The position numbers were made by a program, and so were the translations under genes. Shown in pieces: positions 26,801 through 37,549 of a stretch of 64,000 bases of DNA (within the stretch, counting starts at the first letter, position 1; each line of letters opens with the position of its first letter). Below the pieces are notes generated by a model that was not told the origin of the DNA, searched no databases, and worked only from the letters and a program-made list of their open reading frames with translations. Source of the DNA: Octopus bimaculoides (Eukaryota). Location: the NCBI RefSeq assembly GCF_001194135.2, contig NC_068987.1, positions 30,791,068 to 30,855,067 on the forward strand, written 5' to 3'.

Positions 26801-29800
26801 AGTTGTATAAAGAACTCTGATGGAACCTGTAGAAAAGGGAGAAAGTGGTGACAACATGTTGTAACTCATGAAAGTGATTACAAAGGACCGACGTAACTGG
26901 TTATGCATGGTGCTGGAGAAGGCCAGTCTTCTTGTACAAGAAGGGTTAAAATGCTAATTAAAATGATGAAAGTGATGGAGACTGGATTGTGTTATCCATT
27001 GGCTTCCTATGCAGTCCTTATCTGTGTTCCCCCATCTCCTCAATACCCTTTCATCTTTTTTATTCCCTTATTTACAATACTATGCCACCTATGCAACAAA
27101 GAGTGATTATAGATCTGTCCTTATTCAATGACCACTCCCTGCTGCAACCATCGCTCATATATCTCTCCCTTTTCCTTCAAGATGCAGATTAACAAGGGAT
27201 AAGATCTGTCCGTATTTGTTGCATCCCATCAACATCTTTCTGCACTGCTAACCATTGATCCCTCTCCTTCAAGTCATTCATTAGTGACATCCATCACCCG
27301 GCCTATCTCTATGACTATCATTCTCTAGTGCTTTATCTCTCTTAACAGCAACCAAAACCTTATGTACTGCTAACTATCATTCATTCTCCCACAGATTACT
27401 AACTATGATATCCCTCGCTCTCTTTTCTACAATTCATCACTTGATCTCTTTCTTACCCACAAGTACCACCTCTGCCACATTATTGGCTATAGGCTCTAAG
27501 GTAATACTGTCTCTCTTCTGTTACTCATTCCAGCATTGTCTCTGCCATTATTCCCTCCTCAATCATCCTCTCACACAAATCATTTCGTTTCCCAACATAT
27601 CTCACTTCCTTTACTGTCCCACCCATGTTCATATGTTGACTTGATTGAACCAAGACGGCATAGTGAAGACTCTTTAGTCATGTGAATTACAAAACAGCCT
27701 AACAAGTGTTGCAGCCATCATGAAATGTGTCTAGTAACTCTGTGACATGTTTGGCTAACAAGAGAAGACACTACAGAGTTGAGAACATTATAACTTCAGC
27801 AGTGTTGGTTCAATGAAAGAGATACAGACAATACACTTTACCTTCTTAATGAAAGAAGGATTCATTGGATGAAATTGTCTATGATATACAAAAGAATTGG
27901 ACGGTCATTACTGGAAATATCATGGTTCTAGTTCTGCTTAATCAGGACTAGCCTGGGGTTAAACAAGAACAACAGCATTAAATGGGAAGAAGCAGGCTAC
28001 GAAATTGTCAATGAAAAAAATGACAAAATTAAATCAACAAAATACAAATAGTATTGTTTCTCTATTTCTTCTTCCTTGTACTTCCATTTCCTCAGACAAA
28101 TATTTTGAATGAAATATTTTCTATAAACTGTTTCAATGGAATTCCAAACTAAAAGTAAACAGGAGGTCTTTTATTGCCCACTTCCACCATGACCTAATTA
28201 AACTTACTTTATGCTTCAGCCTCTCAATACGTTTCAAAAGTTGTTCTTTTTCTTCCTCCATCTGGCTGATATCACGACGAATTTCTGAAGTGTTGAAGCT
28301 GGAGTTCCTTTGTTGCTCAGAATGTTTGTGCCATTCTTTGAACTGTTCAATCAGTTCTTCATACTGAAACAAAAGAAAACAAAATGGATACAACCAGAGA
28401 TCATTCAGTTTTGATACACAAATGAACACATTAGTTAAACTACATCTTGGTGAGAGCAACAGATATCAAATGGGACCTTTCTATGTAAATTTCTGGTATA
28501 TTTCATATTATTCTAAATTTCTGAAATTTCCTCAAAGAGTTTTTATAAGAAACAAGCTCATAAAAATGACAGATATCTTGAATGAAAATAAATTCAAAAT
28601 GATGATTAAAAATGCAGAGTTTTATAAACTACGAAGAAAATTGTTTCATATATATCATAAAATATTTGTGTGGGAAGAAAGCATAATAGTTTGTAATTGA
28701 GGATGTGATCCAGTATGCTTCAACAAGGCACTCGACTATACTTGCTTCTGTTTGCCACATTGATAAAACAAGATTTCACTTCAATATTACAGTTAAGAGA
28801 TCAGCTGCAGGAAGGTTATTCAGCTGTAAAAACAAAATCATCATCATCATCACCATCACCATCACCATCATCATCATTTAACATGTTCTTTAAGCTGGTT
28901 TGGGTTGAACTAGGTCTCATCCACTGTCACAATTCTCCATCATCTGGGATGCACCACAACAGAAAAACCAGCAATCTCTGTAGTTGTGTTTATATTACTT
29001 TTCTTTCTCTTTCTTTTTTTTCTTCTTTTTTTTTTAACAGACAGATGCTCTCCCTATCGACAGCTATTTCACAGCATAGACTGTGCATACTTTATTGCGT
29101 TGCTAGAATTAGCTAAGTTATCTGTAATGGGATTACAGTGTCTCTTATATTCTGTAACAGTTTCTATAGAAAATCATTGCAAGGAAAACTTGAAGTAGGG
29201 AAAAACTAATTAAACTAATACTAATATACTCGTCTGAAAAAGGCGGCGAGCTGGCAGAAACGTTAGCATGCCGGGCGAAATGCTTAGCGGTATTTTGTCT
29301 GCCGTTACGTTCTGAGTTCAAATTCCGCCGAGGTCGACTTTGCCTTTCATCCTTTCGGGGTCGATAAATTGAGTACCAGTTACGCACTGGGGTCGATGTA
29401 ATCGACTTAATCCGTTTGTCTGTGCTTGTTTGTCCCCTCTATGTTTAGCCCCTTGTGGGCAATAAACAAATAATAATATACTCGTCTGACAGTGTTCAGG
29501 CACAGCTGTGTAGTCGGAAGCTTGTTTCCCAGCCACATGGTTCCAGGTTCAGTCCCACTGCATGACACTTTGGGCAAGTGTCTTCTATGATAGTGACAGG
29601 CCGATGAAAGCCTTGTGAGTAGATTTGGTGGACGGAAACTGAAAGAAACCTATCGTGTGTGTATATATATATATATAGCTTGACTGGCCTTCGTGCCGGT
29701 GGCACATAAAAGCACCCACTACACTCTCGGAGTGGTTGGTGTTAGGAAGGGCATCCGGCTGTAGAAACTCTGCCAAATCAGATTGGAGCCTGCNNNNNNN

Positions 29801-32800
29801 NNNTCCGGCTGTAGAAACTCTGCCAAATCAGATTGGAGCCTGCATCTGGTTCACCAGTCCTCAGTCAAATCGTCCAACCCATGCTAGCATGGAAAGCGGA
29901 TGTTGAACGATGATGATGATTTAGATATATGTTATGTGTGTGTGTATGTGTATGTATGAGTGCGTGTATATATTTATGTGTGTGTATCTTTGTGTCTGTG
30001 TTTGTCCCCACCTACCATTGCTTGACAATCGATGGTAGTGTGTTTATGTCCCTGTAACTTAGCAGTTCAGCAAAAGGGACTGATAGATTAAGTACTAGGC
30101 TTACAAAGAATAAGTCTTGGGGTTGATTTCTTTGACTTAAAACCCTTTAAGGTGGTGCTCCAGCATGGCTGCAAATTACTGAAATGTGTACTAGAAAAAA
30201 AAAATAAAAAGAATAATACTACAACTCTATCAAAAAGATAGCTGTAGAGAAGAGGAAGTTAGAAAGTGAAACCAAACAGAAGGTAACTTACTTGTTCATA
30301 GGACTCAATTACAGTTTGATCTTGCATAATGTCTGTAGGAACAGTAATCTTGACAAGAAACTGAGCAAGATAAGCCCGTTTCTTCAGATCTGTTATTCTT
30401 TGTAGAAGCCATTCCAGGATAGGATAAACAACAGACTTCTCAGCTTGAACAAGGCCACAGTTGAAATCAGAACTAAAACCAAAAAATAAAGACTCACTTT
30501 AGGAAAACCATTTTTTAATCACCACCATAATCACAACCATCATCATTGTCTAACGTCCACCTTTTCCATGCTTGCATATGTAAAGAGAAGGAAAAACAAT
30601 ACTTTATTACCAATAAAACTAATTTTTTATTTCTATCTTTTTTTTAAATATCTCAGTCACAGGATAAAGGAAAGTGCACGAGCTGCCTTTTTAGGGTCTA
30701 CAAGACTGATGGGACGAAGGAATGAAGTTTTCCTCAGACTGAAGATCTGATTCAATTGTTTGCAACTGAGTGAACCCTGCAAAAGGCACTATTGGACCAT
30801 GGGCTGGTCCCACCAACAGGCTTCCATACGACTTCAGCCTACCAAATTCTACTCAGAATACTTTAGTCAACTTGAGGTTAGGCTAAAGACCTTTGCCCAA
30901 AGTTCTGTGTGGTAGGACTGAACCAAAAACTGCACAGTTTTGAAGACAACTTCAGAACCACACAGCCATGCCTACCCCAGCATAATAAATTGATGAAAAT
31001 CATCGTGTCTTATTCTTGCTTGTGACTACATAGATACCTAAAACAATGAGGAAAGTATGGTACAAGCAACCAGATCATACACATCGATGAGCAATAGCTA
31101 TGCTTGTGCGTATGTGTTTCACATTAGTTGACAACCTTTAAAAATAGAAGACACACTGGATATTGTATTCCTGGGTACACAATGCCTGAAAAGTTGGAAG
31201 GTCTTTAATCAGGGCAGATAAAACTTGACAGTTTGTATGTGGAGAGATCAAAATGTAATAGGATATTTCATTACTGTTATCATGTAACTCCACTTCAGCC
31301 CTGATGGAGTGGAAATATCACCAAAAGTGGCTCCAAACATGGCCACTCTCTCCCTCTCTTAGGGATTGTGTACCTAGGACTACATTATCTGATGTCTCTC
31401 TTCCCTTATCAAGACAGAAAGGTATCATGTAAGGGAGATTACTCTGCTACATCTAGCAGATCAAATCGAGAAAACACATACAAGTTCCTTTGTTGTTTAT
31501 TTGAGTAACAATACACTTATTTTTCCCATTCTTTTAACTGGTTTCAATCGTTGAACTGTGGCCATACTGGGCACTGCTTTTAAAGGCTTCAGTCAACTGT
31601 ATTGACCCAGTAACCATTCTAAGACATTTATATACCAAATGACTACTACATAAAGAGATATAATTCAAGATAAAGATTTACATCAGTATACACAGATATA
31701 TGCACATCACCATCATCAGCTTTATTTTACATCTACTTTCCATGCTGACATGAGTTAGATGAATCATCATGATCTGAGGCAATTTTTATTCCATGTTACT
31801 TTAGAGGAGTTGGTACACTACATCTAATTTGTACATCCCATCCTTGATATGATGCCCTTCCTGAAACTAAGGAACGAGATGTTTTTTTCTTGCCCATTTG
31901 GCATCACTGATATAACTGACTTTTTTGACATCAGATGCTTTTTGTCCCAGGGGCTTTTGACATCATAAGAATTTCATTTTTTATTCTAGTTGACAACTAG
32001 CTTTTTATCACAACTACTAAGCATTATTTAATTTCTACTTCACTTTATGTATATTATGGCTATCTGTCAAAACAACGGTGAGATTCTTTTGCTACTGCAA
32101 AATCCCATTGGGTTAATTAATCATAAATAAGAGGGTCAGTACCGCCTGACTGGCCTTCGTGCGGGTGACACGTAAAAGCACCCATTACACTCTCTGAGTG
32201 GTTGGCGTTAGGAAGGGCATCCAGCTGTAGAAACTCTGCCAAATCAGATTGGAGCCTGGTGTTGCCATCCGGTTTTACCAGTCCTCAGTCAAATCGTCCA
32301 ACCCATGCTAGCATGGAAAGCGGACGTTAAATGATGATGACGATGATGAATTAGTGTTAATGAATTACAATAGGCTTTTCTGACACATATTTGGGAAAAC
32401 GACACAGTTAATTGCATCAATCTCATTACTTGCCTCATACTATTTCAAATCTTGAAAGCATGGATGGCAAAGTTGATTGATGCTAGTGAGATTTGAACTC
32501 AAACCACAAAGAGATGTAAGTACATACTGCATGCTTTTTTTGTCTGATATGCAGTCCATTCTTTGATTCCCTTTCTTTTAACATTGATTTCTCACATTTT
32601 CACTAGGCCAAAAATCAGTAAGAGAGGAGTATGACCAATGAAACCAACTTCAACAAAAAAATAATGCGATTCTACTATAAACACAAGACCTGAAATTTGA
32701 AGGGGATGGGTTAGGCAATTACATTTACCCCAGTGTTCATCTGGTACTTTTGTATTTCATTGACCCTGAAAGGGGTGAAATACAAAGTCCACCTTGGCAG

Positions 32801-33292
32801 AATTTGCTTTCAGAACATAAAGCAAGAAGAAATGCCACTAAGCATTTGTCCAGCTGTACATTGCTGGAGACACAAAATCCAGGTGTGTTTACAGAATCAA
32901 ATATGAACTTGTAACAAAGATACATATATAGAAGAGGCATTTATCCCAATACTCTCTATATTTCTACCAACTATCAGCTTTTAATGTTAAATAATGATTT
33001 CTGGCATATGAAACTGGCCACATTTTTGGAAGAGGACGGTTAATTCAATAGTATTTGACGAATACTTAATTTGCTAGCGTATAATGTTTGCTGTCACAGA
33101 TGGTATGTTACCAAGCTGAGCTTACTACAATGGTAGAGTGTGGTAAGAAACTTACTTCCAAAGCACATGGTTCTGGATTCAGTCTCATTGCATAACATTG
33201 TGGGCAAATATTTTCTACTATAGCCTCTGGCTGACCAAAGCTTTGTGAGTGAATTTGGTAGACAGAAATTGAAAAAAAGCCAGTCACACACA

Positions 33293-33323
<31 letters not shown>

Positions 33324-35643
33324 GTGTGTGTGTGTGTGTGTATGTGTGTGTGCGTGTGTTTTTGTGTCTGTATATGTCCTCCACCGCTGCTCGACAACCA
33401 GTATTGGCATGTTTATTTCCTTCTAACTTAGTAATTGGGTAAAAGAGACAGAATAAGTACCAGGCTTAAAAAAAAAATCACTAGGTTTGATTCATTTGAT
33501 TAAAAATTCTGCAAGGCAGTGCTCCAGCATGGCCGTAATCTAATGATTGAAACAAATTGTTGGCACTGTTGTTGTTGTTGGCACTCCGTTGCTTACGACG
33601 TCGAGGGTTCCAGTTGATCCGATCAACGGAACAGCCTGCTCATGAAATTAATATGCAAGTGGCTGAGCACTCCACAGACACGTGTACCCTTAACGTAGTT
33701 CTCGGGGATATTCAGCGTGACACAGTGTGACAAGGCTGACCCTTTGAATTACAGGCACAACAGAAACAGGAAGTAAGAGTGAGAGAAAGTTGTGGTGAAA
33801 GAGTACAGCAGGGTTCACCACCATCCCCTGCCGGAGCCTCATGGAGCTTTAGGTGTTTTCGCTCAATAAACACTCACAACGCCCAGTCTGGGAATCGAAA
33901 CCGCGATCCTATGACCGCGAGCCCGCTGCCCTAACCACTGGGCCATTGCGCCTCCACGATTGAAACATGTAAAAGGAATACAAACTGCAAACAATTTCTA
34001 GACATCATTATATGACTCCAACCTGACTTAATCTGTTTCAAACCGAATCATCTGAAAACAAATAACAATCGGATTATATCACAATGCTGCAAGACAAGAA
34101 TTATTATTTGCCATCTTTGATGGGTGTGTTACACTCACCAAATACACCTATGTTAGACGTTGGTACTCAATTTACTAATCACAGGAGACAAAATAAGGTA
34201 AGAGTTGACCGTGGCACGATAAAAGCTCAAAACGTAAAGGGACATAATTCTATATCACATTCTTACTGTCAACAGAATTTATTTTGCCATCAATACCCAA
34301 CAATAATGATTTTTCAATATAATTTGTAGAGAAGGGATTAGGTGTTGAAAGATAGATCACCTCCAATATTTGGCAGTACCAGCCAGAAAAAAAATGGCAA
34401 AGTCAATTCAGGTAGGATTTACCTAATAATAATAATAATAATAATATACAAAGACCTGGAAATAGAGGTAACTCGAATGTGGAATCTAAAAACAGAAACA
34501 ATTCCTATCATAGTAGGTGCCTTAGGTATAATAAAAAAATATTCAGACAAATACATAACAAAAACACCAGGACTTACAAATATATATAACATACATAAAA
34601 TTGCACTACTGGGCACTGCACACATCCTATGCAAAACACTTTCATTACAGTAACCATAAGAGCATCACAGCAAACTACAGCACATACCCAAGGCACACAG
34701 AGGTGCGCTCGGTAGTGAAGTGAAAGCATGTTATAAAAATAAAACTACTGAACAATAATAATAATAATATTTTCTACTACAGGCACAAGGCCTGAAATTT
34801 TGGGGATGGGGTCTAGTCAATTGCATCAAATTTAGTGCTCAAATGGTACTAAATTTATCAACCCCAAAAGGATGAAAGGCAAAGTTGACCTCAATGAAAT
34901 TTTAAATCAGAATATAAAGTCAGACAGAAGAAGAAGAAGAAGAAGGAGGTGGAGGCGGAGGAGGAGGAGGAGGAGAAGAAGAAGAAGAAGAAGAAGAAGA
35001 AGAAGAACAACAACAACAGTTTCAAATTTTGCCACAAGGGCAGCCATTTTGGGGAAGGGGACCAGTCGATTAGAGCGACTCTAGTAAGCAACTGGTACTT
35101 AATTTATCAACCTGAAAGGATGAAAAGCAAAGTCGACCTCAGTGGAATTTGAACTTAGAACATAGTGGCAGACGAAATAACACAAAACATTTTGCCCAGT
35201 GTGCTAACGATTCTGCTAGTTTGTTGCCTTAATAATGATAATAATAATGATTTCAAATTTTACAAGGGCAGCCATTTTGGAGGTGGGGATGACTCGATTA
35301 CATCGACCCCAGTGTTTGACTGGTACTTGTTTTATCGACCCCCACCAAAAGGATGAAAAGCAAAGTCAACCTTGGTGGAATTTGAACTCAGAATGTAATG
35401 GGCAAAGGAAATACCGCTAAACATTTCGCCCAGCATACTCTCTTTTTACTTGTTTCAGTCATTTGACTGTGGCCATGCTGGAGCACCGCCTTTAGTCGAG
35501 CAAATCTACCCCAGGAGTTATTCTTTGTAAGCCTAGTACTTATTCTATTGGACTCTTTTTGCCGAACCGCTAAGTTACCGGGACGTAAACACACCAGCAT
35601 CGGTTGTCAAGCAATGTTGGCGGGGACAAACACAGACACACAA

Positions 35644-35685
<42 letters not shown>

Positions 35686-37468
35686 AAGAATGTACGAAAA
35701 AAAACAACAACAGACGAGGACAGGTGGTGTAAACAACAAAAGGATGTATTAGTTTGACGCTCATACGACAGGCTTCTTTCAGTTTCTGTCTACCAAATCC
35801 ACTCACAAGGCTTTGGTTGGCCCGAGGCTATAGTAGAAGACACTTGCCCAAGGTGTCACGCAGTGGGAATGAACTCGGGACCGTGTGGTTGGTAAGCAAG
35901 CTACTTACCACGCATCCACTCCTAATGATTCTGCCTTAGTGATAATAATAATAATTATTGTTTAATTATTCAAAAAGAAATTAATAAGAAATTAATTAAT
36001 ACTTACAATGATTCTTTATCAGAAGGTGGAGTATATTTCAAAATCTTCAATGTATTCATAATACGAAGAGCTGTCTGTTCAGGAGTTTCTTGTCTAATAT
36101 CAAGTTTGTGCTGAAAAGGAGCAGAAATATGAAATGAAGGCATTGGTAAATTTTGTCTAAATTTCTGAAATGAGGAATTATGGTTCTCATCTTGGTTATT
36201 ACAGACAAATTTTGATCATTGTATCTTCTGGCCATCTTCAGGTGTCTGTCATATTTCATAGTCTTCTCAGAATTTCAAACAAAACCCTTTAATTAACTCA
36301 TTAGCATTTACATAATTCTCTCAAAATTAAAACTCATTTATTTACATTGTATTGACTTAATCATGTATTATCTTTAGCGTCAAGATTTTGATGAAGTAAC
36401 TGCCAATATTTAGAATGATGTTGTAAGGCTGGTGTGATAGGTCAGATCTGGACAGTTTGAACATAATAGAATATTTTGGCAGGACATGGTCAGTTTAAAT
36501 GCTAAAGGATTAAACCAACAGAGGTTCTGTTGTCCATACGAGGAATATTCTAATTCTGATTTCTGATGTTGCTTGCTTATTCCCCTTGAAACAATGTGTG
36601 TATGTGTGTGTGTGCATATTCACTGCGTCAATGTGTCCATCCCTGCTCATCTCTTGTGCACACTCCTATCCACCCTTTTCAATTCTTTTGCCCCTATTCT
36701 CTAGTATCTACCTTGTACCTTGAGGCTATGCCCAACCATCTCTCTCTCTTTCACTCTGACTTCCTTTTCAATCAGCAGAGACAGGGCCTCAGCAAAACAC
36801 CTGTTCCTGTCCCCTCTATCATACTTTCACCTCTTTCAATACTACTCCTCAACTCAGTGGAAAGGTCTTGTCTTGCAGTGGAAAAGTCATGTCTTGGTGA
36901 TCTCACTAGTGCTGGTACCATGAAAAAAAGCAACCGGTATCATGAAAAAGTGCATCTGGTACACTCAGTAAAGTTGGCATTAGGAAGGGCATCCAGCTAT
37001 AGAAACCATGCCAAAGCAGACATTGAAGCTTGGGTCAGGCTTCTGACTTGTCAGTTCCTGTTGAATTGTTTATGCCAGCATGGGTAAAAAATATTAACCA
37101 AGGATGATTATATATATATCATCATCATCGTTTAACGTCTGCTTTCCATGCTAGCATGGGTTGGACAATTTGACTGAGGACTGGTGAACCAGATGGCTGC
37201 ACCAGGCTCCAATCTGATCTGGTAGAGTTTCTACAGCTGGATGCCCTTCCTAACGCCAACCACTCAGAGAGTGTAGTGATATATAAGATAAACTATAAAT
37301 AATGGTCATTACATGGTTTTCTTTACTGTAGTAAATTTGATTTGGAGCTTTTTCCAGTTGTCATTATAGGTTTATTATTGATAAGTTTACTCAATTGGCC
37401 TTTGATCACTTGAGAAAAATTAAATGACTCAAAATATTAATGTTACTTTCATCAGAGCCATTTCTGGT

Positions 37469-37549
<81 letters not shown>

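Noticed and set aside
29755-29843. 39-bp direct repeat around a 10-N gap
   Set aside because: Same unmerged-overlap artefact inside an RTE 3' end.
31286-31332. CAGCCCTGATGGAGTGGAAATATCACCAAAAGTGGCT as another hammerhead
   Set aside because: Needs several substitutions in the core and GAAA, and lacks room for helix III and an NUH triplet.
34872-35152. Poly-R/E/K/F ORFs
   Set aside because: Translations of the compound trinucleotide microsatellite.
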